This document shows positions 1 to 11,546 of a stretch of DNA of 64,000 nucleotides, one piece after another. The DNA is taken from NCBI GenBank assembly GCA_963714975.1, contig CAVQQD010000002.1, forward strand, positions 416,001-480,000, written 5' to 3'. Every line of letters starts with the position of its first letter. Positions within the stretch are counted from its first letter, which is position 1. The notes under the pieces were generated by a model. It saw only the letters and a list, made by a program, of their open reading frames with translations. It ran no database searches and was not told where the DNA came from. Source of the DNA: an uncultured Gammaproteobacteria bacterium (lineage in GTDB: Bacteria > Pseudomonadota > Gammaproteobacteria > JAURND01). Both the position numbers and the translations under genes were made by a program.

Positions 1-1086
1 CTCGAGGAGCCCGATGCTCTCGAAGATAATTATGAAAATGTGCAGATGATTAAAGATTCGGGCAGGCAATTGATAGAATTTTTTATGAATTGTTTAGAGA
101 TGGGGCGGATTGAAACCGAAGGGGTGGCACTTAGCAATGAAAATTTCAATCCCCAAACCATAACGGATCAGCTTGTCGAGATGTTGACCCCTTCCATGAA
201 ACAAAAAGGCTTAGGATTTTATTCCACTTATGATCCCGCTATTCCTGAAATGGTGTATGCCAGCGCGCCGGGATTTTATCGGATAATTTTAAATTTACTA
301 GGCAATGCGATTAAATTTACTGAGGAAGGCTCGATAAGCATGGACATTCTCTTACGGAAAACTCGCGATGAAGACACTGGCAAAGACAAAGAGGAACTTT
401 GTTTAAAAATCCGCGATACTGGTATGGGTATTCCCCAAGAAAAAATCGCGACTATTTTCGACCGCTTTACGCGCTTGACCCCTTCCTATGAAGGCAAATT
501 TGAGGGCCATGGGATTGGGCTGTATATTGTGCATAAATTTGTCACTTTGATGGGAGGAAAAATTGATGTGGACAGCGAAGTGGGTAAGGGCAGTTGCTTC
601 ACCATCACGTTTCCTTTTCTACCCGCCAAGGCATTCCTTAAACCAAGAGCAGTCAAACCTAAGTTTACCAAGCTAGCACCGCTTGGGGGTGCTGCCAGCG
701 AGGAAGAGAAGATAGGTCCGCGTATTTTGTTGGTTGAGGATAACCGGATGGCTCAAAAAGGCGTGGAATCAATACTCACGCACTTAGGTTATACGGTCGA
801 TATTGTGGATACAGGTAAGAAAGGCATAGAGATTTTTGAATTGGATAAATATGTACTGATTGTGCTCGATATTGGGTTAAAGGATATGAGTGGGACGACG
901 GTAGCAGCGCATATTCGTACTGCAGAAAAGGGTCGAAAAAATCCAGTGCCGATTGTGGCTCTGACGGCCCATAATGTTGAAAAAGTTCAAGCGGCGTGTC
1001 AGGCAGTGGGCATTAATGGGGTACTGGAAAAGCCTCTGACTGAGGAAGTGGCTCAGGAGGTGTTGGATTGTTTTCTGAAGCAATGA
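1..1086 (+). CDS. Hybrid sensor histidine kinase/response regulator (HATPase_c + receiver), 5'-truncated by window edge
   Basis: Frame open from base 1. N box NLLGNAIKFT, G1 DTGMGIP, F box IFDRFTR, G2 GHGIGLYIV; C-terminal receiver ILLVEDN...LDIGLKDMSG...IVALTA...KPL. Confidence 0.92.
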   Translation, partial: LEEPDALEDNYENVQMIKDSGRQLIEFFMNCLEMGRIETEGVALSNENFNPQTITDQLVEMLTPSMKQKGLGFYSTYDPAIPEMVYASAPGFYRIILNLLGNAIKFTEEGSISMDILLRKTRDEDTGKDKEELCLKIRDTGMGIPQEKIATIFDRFTRLTPSYEGKFEGHGIGLYIVHKFVTLMGGKIDVDSEVGKGSCFTITFPFLPAKAFLKPRAVKPKFTKLAPLGGAASEEEKIGPRILLVEDNRMAQKGVESILTHLGYTVDIVDTGKKGIEIFELDKYVLIVLDIGLKDMSGTTVAAHIRTAEKGRKNPVPIVALTAHNVEKVQAACQAVGINGVLEKPLTEEVAQEVLDCFLKQ

Positions 1087-1096
1087 AGTTTTAGAT

Positions 1097-1277
1097 CCCT
1101 TCTCCCACAAGCTAAGGCTCGTCGTCCCGGCATGGATGCCGGGATCCACGGCGCAGGAAGCGAATCTTTCACATCCTTGTGAACTGGATCCCTGCATCCT
1201 GCAGGGACGACGAACCCGGTCTGTTGGGCCTTAAAGTGAGTTGTGTGCATCGGCTAGCTACTCACAAGGGGAGAAGG
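1097..1277. repeat. Composite palindromic repeat: family-A element (1118-1214) nested between family-D arms
   Basis: CTCGTCGTCCCGGCATGGATGCCGGGATCC...CCCTGCATCCTGCAGGGACGACGAA is near reverse-complement of 34592-34688; flanked by CCCTTCTCCCACAAG (1097) and CACAAGGGGAGAAGG (to 1277). Confidence 0.8.
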
Positions 1278-1312
1278 AATAAGCAGGAGAGGGAACTTGA
1301 ATGCGCTCGGGT

Positions 1313-1409
1313 GGGGTCTCTTCGTCATCCCGAGGAGCTTGCGACGAGGGATCTCCATATGCCAGTTGCAGGAGATCCCTCGCTTCGCTCGGGATGACGG
1401 AGAGCCCCC
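1313..1409. repeat. Palindromic REP/RPE-like element, family B (GTCATCCCGAG...GGGATGAC)
   Basis: Hairpin TTCGTCATCCCGAGGAGCTTGCGACGAGGGATCTCC...GGAGATCCCTCGCTTCGCTCGGGATGACG; nearly identical in reverse complement to the insert in prmA (30713-30829). Confidence 0.88.
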
Positions 1410-1441
1410 TGGGGCGAGATGATTTTAGTGTGGAGGTCACC

Positions 1442-4255
1442 ATGGATGTCTTACGATACAATGAATTAAATATTTCCGCGGTAAAAAAGCAGTACGATAC
1501 TGTAGTGGCTTTACTCCAACAAAATAATTTTGCAGCGAGTGGGGTCAAGCAATTTGCAGGAACACCGTTTTACTTAGTGCCTCTAGATTCAACCCAGGGC
1601 TTGTTGTTTCGAGTAGTTTCCCACTAAAGTAAAAACTGTGTGCTGTTATTAGAAATTTTTACTGAGAAAGCAAAGTCGCGTTTTCTGCAGGGTATTCTTG
1701 ATACTAAGTTAGAACCCATCGCTAATCATCATTTTGAGCAATTTCCCGTCGATGCATTCAGTTATCTCAATCTCGAGCATCCTCATTTTCATATTTTGGA
1801 TAAAATTATTTCCTTTGATGCCACGCAACAGAACATTTTCCAATTGCATCCGCCGTTAATTGTGATCGGGTCGGCGGGCAGTGGCAAAACCATGCTGATT
1901 CTAGAGAAAATGAAAACCTATCCGGGGAACATTCTTTATGTCACTGGTTCGCCTTACTTGGTTCATAATGCCCGTCAGCTCTATTATGCGCAGCATTATG
2001 AAAATGATGGCCAAGAAATTGATTTTCTTTCCTATCACGAATTGTTAGAAACGATCCAAGTACCTCCCGGAGCGAAAATCAATTTTCAGCGCTTTGCGCG
2101 ATGGTTACATACTGTCAACCCACGGGGGGCGATTCAAGATGCCAATAAATTGTATGAGGAATTCCAAGGCGTCCTCACTGGCAATCGCTTGGATGCTGCC
2201 TATCTGTCTAAAGATCACTATCTGAATTTGGGTGTTAAGCAATCGATCTATCGCCAAGAAGAGCGATCTCTAATATATGACTTATTCCAGAATTATTTAA
2301 CCTTTTTAAAACAACAGCAACTTTACGATACGAACCTGATTTCCTATGAATACCTGACTGCTTGCGAAGCGCAATACGATTTTGTGGTGGTCGATGAGGT
2401 GCAGGATTTAACTCCGGTGCAACTGGCATTAATTCTCAAAAAACTAAAATATCCACAGCAGTTTCTGTTGTGCGGGGATTCCAATCAAATTGTTCATCCA
2501 AATTTTTTCTCCTGGGCTAAAATAAAAAGCTTGTTCTATCAGCAACCCCGGGAGCAGCATAGCGACATTCTGCGGGTCTTGAATAAAAACTATCGCAACG
2601 CCCCGGCGGTAACATCGCTCGCGAATAAATTATTAAAAATAAAAAATGCGCGGTTTGGTTCAGTGGATAAAGAAAGCCATTATCTGGTTGAGAGCCAAAA
2701 TAGCCATTCCGGCGCGGTGTATTGCTTATTAGACCATGAAGTGATCCGCCAGGAAATTAATGACAAGACGCGCAAGTCGACGCATTTTGCGGTGTTAGTA
2801 TTGCATGAGGATCTCAAAGAGCAAGCCGCGCGTTATTTTCAAACCCCGCTGATTTTTTCGATTTACGAAGCCAAGGGTTTGGAATACGACAATGTCATCC
2901 TCTACCATTTTATCTCCAGTGAAGAACGCAATTTTCGCGAGATTGCTCAAGGTGTGAGCACAGCAGATCTGGAAAGCGCCTTCACCTATGGTCGGGTTCG
3001 TGATAAAACGGATCGTTCGCTGGAAATCTATAAATTCTTTGTCAATGCCTTATACGTCGCTATCACCCGGGCGATCAAAAATGTTTACTTGATTGAAACC
3101 CTCGACCAACATCCCTTATTAAACCTCTTGGGCTTAACTCTCACCGCCAGGCTAGTAGCCATCGAAAGCCAAGAATCCTCCCCAGAGGAGTGGCAAAAAG
3201 AAGCCCGACGCTTAGAAATGCAAGGCAAACAAGCGCAGGCCGAGGCGATCCAAAGCCGCTTACTGCAAACCAAGCCGGTACCTTGGCCCGTGGTAACCTA
3301 TGATTACTTGATCTCCTTACGAGAACGCGCGCTGAATAAAGTCCATAAAGACAAAGAAGCCCGACTCCTGCTATTTGAATATGCCCTGCATTATCACCAA
3401 CTTAAGCCCATGATCGAATTGGCGGCCGTGGGATTTGCCCCCGTCCAAAAATCCAAAAAAGATTATAGTTTATTAGAGCGCAAATATTTTATGGGCTATT
3501 CCTCGAGCTCCACCCACTTAGTCATGTCCCAGGTAGCGCTTTACGGGGTAAATTTTCGCACTCCCTTTAACCAAACTCCCTTGATGGTCGCTTGTCATTT
3601 TGGCAATCCTATATTGGCGAAGCAATTACTGGATAAGGGCGCCAATCCTGATTTAACCGATAATGCCTGTCGAACCGCATTTCAAATTGCGTTACACAAA
3701 GCAGTGGGTGACAAACGCTTTGCCAAGGAAAAATTTTTGCTATTTTACGAATATTTTTCGCCTCAAAGCATGGGCTTACAATTAAATAACAAATTACTCA
3801 AGCTCGATGGACAACGTATCGAATTTTTTTTAATCAATGCCATCATGGCGATCCAACAACTAAGTCTCCAATCTGAGGAGGGTATTAGAATTTTTCAGGT
3901 TAGTGATTTTGTAGAGATTTTGACCCCTTTTCCAGAGATCATCCTTCCTGAGAAACGCAAGCGACGTGCTTATTTGTCTGGTATTTTGGCTCGACACGAA
4001 ATGAATAGAAACGATATTTACAACAAAAAACTATTCGTGCGAGTGAAACGAGGTCACTATGTTCTTAATCCAGAGTTGGTGATTAAAGCAGGAGAACAGT
4101 GGTTTCATCCCTACTTGTTTTGGTTCCACCACCATTACCAGTTTTCCGGTAGGATCCCCAAAGTAGAATTAGATGAGATCGTATCGAATAAGGAACAATT
4201 ACAAATCAGAGTAAGCAATGAGGCTTACTCTGGAAAAGCAATACTACAGCTATAG
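1442..4255 (+). pseudogene. UvrD/REP-type superfamily-1 helicase with C-terminal ankyrin repeat, interrupted by one in-frame TAA at 1625-1627
   Basis: GGAGGT RBS then ATG at 1442; 1442-1627 and 1640-4255 share a frame. Motifs GSAGSGKT, VVVDEVQD, GDSNQ, NYRN, AKGLEYD, LYVAITRA; ankyrin QTPLMVACHFGNPILAKQLLDKGANPD. Confidence 0.78.
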
Positions 4256-4435
4256 AGGATCAATAAATTCAGACTACAAATATCGATTTCAAAGCTCTGA
4301 TTAGATGTCAATCTCCAAAAAAAATGACAGACGGTTGAATAGTAATTTAGCAGGACAATTGCTGCGGCACAAGTGACGCACTCCTAATCGGCCTGGCAAA
4401 AATAATTTCCCCCTTTGAAAAAGGGGGTTAAGGGG

Positions 4436-5985
4436 CAATGGCACTACCTTAAGGAGCAAAGATGAATATAAGCCTATGATTTAGATGAAAAAAGATGAAA
4501 TCAGTTTCCAAATTTAATATTATTGTTGTAGCAAACACACAATAATAAAAAAAGGAAACTGATCTGTGAATTTTAAAAAGAAAAATAAAATTAAGCAAGT
4601 TAAAAATAAAAGACAAGAATTGGCTGATGGTGCACCAGACATTTTCCTGTTAAACCTATTGAATTCAGAAAAATGTCAGAAGATACTTAGAGAGTGCCGG
4701 GAATATCGTGACCGGATATATAGCCCCACCAAAACCTTATTTACGTTTATTAAACAAGTTTTAAATCCAGATAAATCCTGCAAAAAAGCGGTTGCTGGTG
4801 TTGTTGTGGAGCAGCTGCATAGTAAAAAAAAGAAGCAGAATAAAATAAGCTCAAATACTGGCCCCTATTGTAAGGCCAGAAAGCGATTGCCTGAAGATAC
4901 TGTGAAGGCATTAGTTAAAGAATCTGGAGCTTTCCCTTTGAAATCTATTCCAATGAGATGGAAAGTCTATGGCCGAGAATTAAAAGCATTTGATGGATCT
5001 ACCGTCAAAATGTCGGATACAAAAGCTAATCAAAAAAAATTTCCTCAGCATGGTAATCAGAAAAAAGGGGCTGGATTTCCTATGGCGCGAATAGTAGCCG
5101 TTATGTCACTGACGCGGGGAACCGTAATAGATTATGCAATAGGGGCTCACAAAGGAAAGGGCACAGGAGAAATCTCATTATTAAGAGAAATTATAAACTG
5201 CATTAAAGCCGACGATATTGTGCTGGGTGACCGTTATTACCCCAATTTTTTTCTTATGGCGGACTTAAAAAAAATAGGAGCTGATGGTGTTTTTCGCGGA
5301 CAAAGTCAAAGGAATTATGATTTTAGAATGGGACAAAAATTGGGTAAAAATGATCACATTGTCAACTGGGAGAAACCACAGAAACCGGAATGGATGACAC
5401 AAAAGCAATATGAGGCATACCCCGATCAAATTTCCATACGGGAATTTAAAGTATCAGGCCACATATACGTTACAACATTTTTAGACAAAAAATACCACAA
5501 AGCAGAGCTTGCCCAAATATATAAGCGAAGGTGGGAGGTGGAGCTTAATTTGCGAAGTATTAAAAGTATCATGAATATGGATATGTTATCGTGCAAAACA
5601 CCAGAAATGGTTAGAAAAGAAATAGGAATTCATTTATTAGCATATAATTTTATCAGAATAATTATAGCAAAAGCTTGTTATGAGTATGGCGTTAATCCAT
5701 GGGAAATAAGCTTTAAGGGAAGTGTGCAGCTACTAAATGAATTTATTCCTTATTTTATAAGCTCAAATCAGGTGAGCAACCATAAAATGTATATTGAGAT
5801 GTTAAAATTAATTGTGCAAAACAAAGTTGGAAATAGACCAGATAGGGTGGAGCCCAGGCTAGTCAAGCAAAGACCGAAACCATTTCCAGCCTTGAAGAGA
5901 AACAGAGCAATCGAAAAAGAAAAATTGCTACGTAAAATAAATAAAAGGATTTTAAAATATTCTGTGGCTTAAGGTAGTGCCATTG
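4436..5985 (+). mobile_element. IS4-family insertion sequence, copy 1 (1550 bp)
   Basis: 18-bp terminal inverted repeats CAATGGCACTACCTTAAG; 10-bp target duplication GGTTAAGGGG (4426-4435 / 5986-5995); second copy at 42006-43555. Confidence 0.95.
4566..5972 (+). CDS. IS4-family DDE transposase
   Basis: AFDGS, LGDRYY, YKRRWEVELNLRSIK (YREK-type motif), C-terminal RPDRVEPRLVK. Confidence 0.93.
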   Translation: MNFKKKNKIKQVKNKRQELADGAPDIFLLNLLNSEKCQKILRECREYRDRIYSPTKTLFTFIKQVLNPDKSCKKAVAGVVVEQLHSKKKKQNKISSNTGPYCKARKRLPEDTVKALVKESGAFPLKSIPMRWKVYGRELKAFDGSTVKMSDTKANQKKFPQHGNQKKGAGFPMARIVAVMSLTRGTVIDYAIGAHKGKGTGEISLLREIINCIKADDIVLGDRYYPNFFLMADLKKIGADGVFRGQSQRNYDFRMGQKLGKNDHIVNWEKPQKPEWMTQKQYEAYPDQISIREFKVSGHIYVTTFLDKKYHKAELAQIYKRRWEVELNLRSIKSIMNMDMLSCKTPEMVRKEIGIHLLAYNFIRIIIAKACYEYGVNPWEISFKGSVQLLNEFIPYFISSNQVSNHKMYIEMLKLIVQNKVGNRPDRVEPRLVKQRPKPFPALKRNRAIEKEKLLRKINKRILKYSVA

Positions 5986-6099
5986 GGTTAAGGGGGATTT
6001 CAAAAGGTGAGGATACTAACAGTATTGTCGTAGTACTCAATGCTTCTTGAAATCCCTTGTATTTTCCAAAGGGAGAGAGTATTTTTGTCCGCTGAGGGT

Positions 6100-6119
6100 G
6101 TTAATGTTTCCTTAAGATT
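6100..6119 (+). promoter_or_regulatory. PmrA-type direct-repeat box
   Basis: gTTAAtgTTtccTTAAgatt fits the Legionella/Coxiella PmrA consensus cTTAA-N2-TT-N2-cTTAA, ~80 bp upstream of ORF 6200. Confidence 0.6.
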
Positions 6120-6199
6120 TCTCAAGAAGAAAATGGTGAATATATTTGTTCATATTTTTAATAGCAATTACTTAATTACAATAATTAATTGAGAGAGTA

Positions 6200-6808
6200 A
6201 TGCCTAAGCCAGGTTTTTTTAACTTTAAAGAAGCTGCGGATAAAGCTGCCCATGTTTTGCTACCGCAACTTTATAATACTTCTCAGGCCTTTACTGCGAG
6301 TAATCCTGATGTAAAAAAGGATGCAGCAATAAGGGCTGCTGCAGCTTGGCTTGGAACAGCAGGGGTGATTGTTTTCATTATAAGCCAACATCATCCTGAG
6401 CTGGATATTCACGGCGCTAAAGAATCCATTGCTTCTCTCTTAAACAAAACAACATTAAATCTTGATGCGCAAAATTTTCTGCAGGTTATTACTTACATTG
6501 CGCTGCTTTGGGTCATACCAAAAACTTTTGAATGCATTGCATACATTAGACGGCAGCATCCAAGTTCCAAGAAGATGGAGATTAACTTAGATGATGATGA
6601 ACCAGAGTTGCCCTCCCAAAGTAATGATGATCTACCTCCCGATTCAATTTTCAATCCTAATAGGTTGGACCAAGATTATTTTAAAGCTCATCAAGTTGAT
6701 GCCTATACAGATTGGGATAACCGGACAACTGCATTTGCCCGCGCTTCAAAAATAAGAGATGAGATGAGTAAAAATCGGCATGACAAACATAAATGTATTA
6801 TTTTGTAA
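6200..6808 (+). CDS. Hypothetical membrane protein with C-terminal CaaX motif (CIIL); candidate effector
   Basis: Two hydrophobic segments, acidic/Pro-rich linker, ends KNRHDKHKCIIL. Confidence 0.72.
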   Translation: MPKPGFFNFKEAADKAAHVLLPQLYNTSQAFTASNPDVKKDAAIRAAAAWLGTAGVIVFIISQHHPELDIHGAKESIASLLNKTTLNLDAQNFLQVITYIALLWVIPKTFECIAYIRRQHPSSKKMEINLDDDEPELPSQSNDDLPPDSIFNPNRLDQDYFKAHQVDAYTDWDNRTTAFARASKIRDEMSKNRHDKHKCIIL

Positions 6809-6997
6809 CTATTTAGCAGATACCTCTGTAGCCTATTAGGAGCATTTGGTTGTGGGCTTCCATTAATTTTTGGTTTAATTGTCGACGGATAATGCCAAGA
6901 GTGGCGAGTGTTTATGTTCGAGGAATTTTTTTGCTCTAATGACACAATAAATTCTTTGCTTTAACAATTATACTGTAGTTAAAACTGAAAAAATTTG

Positions 6998-7027
6998 TTG
7001 ACAGCTTCTTCATTCATGCTCTACATT
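6998..7027 (+). promoter_or_regulatory. Putative sigma70 promoter for the gene starting at 7156
   Basis: TTGACA-N18-TACATT in AT-rich intergenic DNA; GAGG RBS before ATG 7156. Confidence 0.4.
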
Positions 7028-9834
7028 AATTTCAGGATTATAGTCTTTTGCTCATTTTCGATTTCGTATAGTATTTTTTCTTATCGTGATTTTCATTAGC
7101 TTTTTGTAGCGACTTCCAGTTAATTTAGAGTTCAAATAATAATGAGGAAACTTTAATGGCAGAATCTAAAAATTTGCACTTGAATGATTTAGAAGAAGTC
7201 GAGGAGCATAAAAAATTTTTTCCTCAAACTGAAGAACATCCTGAGATTCCAAAATCAAAACCGTCTATACTCAACACTAATAACCCCAAAGAGAAAAAAA
7301 TACCAGTATCAGACAGCTTTACTCTACCCCAGAGCCAACTAGTTCCTGATCATCCTATTTCGGTGGCATCTCAAAGTTTATTACCACTCTCGCAGTTTAA
7401 CGACAATTCATTGCTCTCACTTTCTCAGGGGAACCTCGATGAGAAACTGAAAACTTCAACATCAAGCAACTTTAATATTTCAGATTTTATTTTCGATCAA
7501 GATAGGTCTATCGCTATAGACGAGCACAAATTAGATACCAATGAAGAGCATAAAAATGAGAAACAACCCTTAGGTGACATGCCGCCCATTTTGACTGAAC
7601 TCTTGCAGGAATTAGCGGCTGAATTGAAATTAGAAAAACCAAACCTAGAAACCCTAGATGCCGCGTTTACTGTGTTATATCAGCACTGTACTCGGTTGTC
7701 GATCGAGGGCTGGCAGCAGTTTTTGCCTTTAGTGCACCGCTACATGCAGCAATGCTTGCCGGAGCGTCATACCCTGTATGCCTATCACCAACAAAAAACG
7801 CATTCTAAGATTTTACAGCAAGCCCAACGCCTCTTGTGGCAGTATGAGCAAATTGGGGTGTATGCGCAGCAGAGTTTAAATCACTTGGTGGTGCATGAGT
7901 TTTATCGACAAGGAGCCATTCACTTAGTTAAAAAGGGTTACCACCATCCTGAGCAATGGCTTGGAGGACCTCAACCTCCTGGCGTTACGATCACCAAGCC
8001 AGTAGAAAAAATTGTTTTTGATGAGGCTAAAGCCCAAAGGCGTTGTCAAAATAATCCTAAACTAAAAAATTACTATGATGAATTTGTGCGGCATCTGGCG
8101 GCATGCTTATGTGCGGCCATCATTATTTCTTCGGAGCGTGTTGATCCTTCTCAAGGATTTACACAGACCATTACCGCAGCACTCATCGAGAAGCTTATTC
8201 CTGATATCTTACACCTGACTCCTCTCGCAGGCGGAAAGATCAGTGCGGTTGCTAAAATAATTCAAACCGTGTCTGATTTTGCCTTTAAGCTACGGGCACA
8301 GCGTGATGCTAGGCGCGTCTGCGCTTGGTCGTTAACCGCCTATGATAGCGGTCGATTAGCTCGATCACTCGGGTTGCGTTTGGCTTTATTACGCGAGCCC
8401 ACCCTCATGTCTACTTTTGCTCCCTCTGAGATTTCAACCCAATCCTCAGGTATCGATAAACTCAAAGAAATCAAAGAGTATGCCATTACTCAAGCAGAAG
8501 CGCTGACCGATCAAGCGATGGTTAGTTTGCAAGGATTGAAAGAAAGCAAAAATTTTGATTCCGCGGGAGCGCTGGCTTTAAAAGATACTGATAGGATGTT
8601 GGATTTGCTGCAACAACGCACCCCAAATACCCAGCATTGGGGAGGTTCAGATGATTGGCTCAATGCGAATGTGGGATTTTTAGTAGACCAATTTCAAAAG
8701 CAGCTGAATCAAAAACCTGTATCCAATTCATTTTTCTCAATACCGCAAAGTATTGTCTCCATAGAAATTTCTTGCCAATTAACAGCACCCAGCACCTCTT
8801 TCCCGTCTGCCCGATTTTATCAAGGCAGTTATCAACCATTGACTGAAACGACCTGGCTGCAGCATAAGCAGACGACTGATGCGGAAATGTGGCATAAGGA
8901 GCATGGGCGGCTGTGGGATTTACTCGATAAAACCAATTTGGATGCCTTGCTGAAGTTTCAACAACAAATACTGGAAGATTTACAGCTGTCCTTCGGATGG
9001 AGTGATGAGGAACGGCAAGCAGTTTTAGCCCACTATGTGCGCCCTTTATGGGCTCAGGACCTGGGAATCAAAGTACTTGCCCAAGCGATTCAAGGTGCTG
9101 CTCATCAACCCTGGTCCTCCTGGGAACCCCGCCATCAACAGCTACAAAGAGCATTAGAGCGTCTGCGCTCTCAAGACGGAGAATTAGCTGAAATCGTGGG
9201 TCGTTGCTATTTTCGTGCTCTGGCCGAATGGCAAGTGCAAGTAGCAGCGGCGAGTGAACGGCAAGCGCAAGAAGTGGAAAAATTAACCTTAGAACAAAAG
9301 CGGTGGGAAAACCGTGCTGAAACTTGGAAGAACGATTTTCACGCTAAGGTCAAAGAATTAGGGATAGATTTAAGCGCTCCGACACCCGGTGTACCACCTC
9401 TGACTGAAGAGCAACATAACATCTATGCGAATCCTGAACAATTTCGTCACCTTGCTGTCGCAATTTGGGGAAGTGGTCAGGATTTTAGTATATTAGAGCC
9501 CCATAGTCATTACTGGGAGTCCAACTGGAAAAGTGCCCGCAATCAGAACCGACCGGAAGCCAACCCGATGCATTTGGCGTTAAGTTGTGCTTATCGAGAA
9601 GCCCAGCACGCCATTGAGGATGCCGCTGCCAGCAAACACCATGCGCTCCATGCGCGCCGGGAATCCTTGAAACAACAACAGATGCAAAGCAAAACGACGG
9701 CAGAGGCAATTACTAAAATATTCCAGGCTCAAAGAGTAACAGAACACAAACCCCACGGACATGTGCAACCCACTACACTTCCACAACTTCCTAGTGTGGT
9801 GAAAGTGCTGGATCAGAAAACTCCCTCCCTTAAA

Positions 9835-11546
9835 CCTAAAAACGGCAGTTGAAGGACTTCCTAACCGATAAAACTCTGATCAAATATCTTCCAACAAAGT
9901 ACCTTTTTTTCAATTTTATGTGGGTGCTGATAAACCAAGTGGTGGCTGCAGCGACTTTCCATTTAAATATTTTCCTACTGCTTGGCTCAAAATTCGATAC
10001 CAACATTGATCATGTGTTAACTGCTCCGCATCTTTTTTTAATCCTTTAAAAAATTTCACCACGCGGCTTAATAACATTTGAACTTTATTAATATTTCCAT
10101 GCGTGCTGCTGATAACAATGTGTGTTTGTCTTGCATGGACAGTTTGTTTTGCCATAGCATGCAATAATAAGGGACGACTCGTAATAGCTTCTAAATGTTT
10201 GTCAGGTTCTGCCAGGCGAGCAAATATATTCCACCAATTATAAATAAGAGCAACCACGCGCGACATAAAGCGGCAACGCTTCATGTCTTGGGTTGTAAAC
10301 CCGCTCCAACCCCATTGATTTTTCAATTCATCAAATATATTTTCACTGTCCGCACGATCGCGATAATGTTGCGCAATAGTCAGTATTTCATCCGGTAATG
10401 AAGTAACTAATACAGCGTATTCATAAACATAGGTTTTATCATCAACCTCACCAAAACATATCTCTAATTGTTTTGTTCCTGCATGTTGTGAAATAAGCAT
10501 TAAATTTTTTTGTATTTTTTTTCTCAACACGATGACTCGACGCGATCTTTCCCAACCATCTAATTTCAATAAGGCATCAGTCCCTTCCCAGCCCTGATCA
10601 GCAAAATACCAATCTTGACGAACCATTTTTACTTCTTCTATTAAACGCTTTACATTCTTCGTTGATTTCAATTTAAATAAATAGGGTATTTGCTTTTCTT
10701 CAGCAATTTTCATCACACCATCTGTACCAAAAGCACAATCACCTCGCAAAAATTGAGGCCACTGTGCACGCGGAATACGATCTAATAATTCCCATAAATC
10801 AGGCGCCGAATAACTGGATGCCATTTGATTACCAGGCTGTACTTCAACATCCAGTACTAAACGTAAATTGGCGATAAAATAGGAATGATAGGTATGAGAA
10901 GGGCGGCCAGGTTTTGTTGGATTATAACCCAATACAGCTCCTTCCTGTTTTCCATAAAGTACTTTAACTGTGGTATCAACATCTAATATCCATGGCACAC
11001 TCAGCAATGGCACATAACATTTATTTAAATGTTTTTGTAGCCATACTATTCCAGCTTCTTCTTCCATTTTTACAAAAGCACGCCGGAGTGAATCTTCACT
11101 CACTATTTTTTTCATACCCAATAAATCTGGATTTACTCCATCACAACGCAATGTAGTGATATGAGCATAGCGACTATGACCTGCTAAAACAGCTAATAAC
11201 AGCGTACCTAAAATGTCACGATTTGAAGGAGCGTTGGGACTTACTAATTGCAATGGACAATCTTCAACCCAAGGGTCAAATAAATTTCCAATCTTTAAAA
11301 ATTCAATAAAAAATGCCAATTGTCCTAGCGGAGTTACAGCAGCTTGAGGATCCCATTCCACATAGATGCGACCACCAAAAGTATCTAGGGCTAATGAGAC
11401 ATTTTTGGCTAATAAATTTTCTTCTTTTAAGTCTTCTGGCAGTTCACCCGTTGGGTGAAGAGGAGCCGGAGGTAGTTTCATGCGATTTCCCCTGTAATTT
11501 TGTTATAAGGGTCGCATTATCTCATAGTTCAACTGCTTTTTTTAGG
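9835..11546 (-). mobile_element. IS1380-family insertion sequence (1712 bp)
   Basis: Imperfect IRs CCTAAAAACGGCAGTTGAA / CCTAAAAAAAGCAGTTGAA; 5-bp target duplication TTAAA (9830-9834 / 11547-11551). Confidence 0.92.
9916..11481 (-). CDS. IS1380-family DDE transposase
   Basis: ILDVDTTVKVLYGKQEGAVLGYNP, LRGDCAF, YRDRADSENIFDELKNQWG. Confidence 0.92.
   Translation of the reverse strand: MKLPPAPLHPTGELPEDLKEENLLAKNVSLALDTFGGRIYVEWDPQAAVTPLGQLAFFIEFLKIGNLFDPWVEDCPLQLVSPNAPSNRDILGTLLLAVLAGHSRYAHITTLRCDGVNPDLLGMKKIVSEDSLRRAFVKMEEEAGIVWLQKHLNKCYVPLLSVPWILDVDTTVKVLYGKQEGAVLGYNPTKPGRPSHTYHSYFIANLRLVLDVEVQPGNQMASSYSAPDLWELLDRIPRAQWPQFLRGDCAFGTDGVMKIAEEKQIPYLFKLKSTKNVKRLIEEVKMVRQDWYFADQGWEGTDALLKLDGWERSRRVIVLRKKIQKNLMLISQHAGTKQLEICFGEVDDKTYVYEYAVLVTSLPDEILTIAQHYRDRADSENIFDELKNQWGWSGFTTQDMKRCRFMSRVVALIYNWWNIFARLAEPDKHLEAITSRPLLLHAMAKQTVHARQTHIVISSTHGNINKVQMLLSRVVKFFKGLKKDAEQLTHDQCWYRILSQAVGKYLNGKSLQPPLGLSAPT

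Larger units (their letters stand above)
4406..6080. repeat. Family-C palindrome (TCCCCCTTT..AAAGGGGG..AGGGGGATTT) split by IS4 copy 1
   Basis: Removing the IS restores TTTCCCCCTTTGAAAAAGGGGGTTAAGGGGGATTTCAA...TTGAAATCCC...AAAGGGAG; related hairpins at 57415-57446, 57855-57910 and 58538-58598. Confidence 0.65.

Noticed and set aside
877-1548. Short ORFs 877-1197, 1053-1250, 1179-1397, 1258-1548 and the 1301 start
   Set aside because: They are translations of GC-rich palindromic repeats; the plausible start is ATG 1442.
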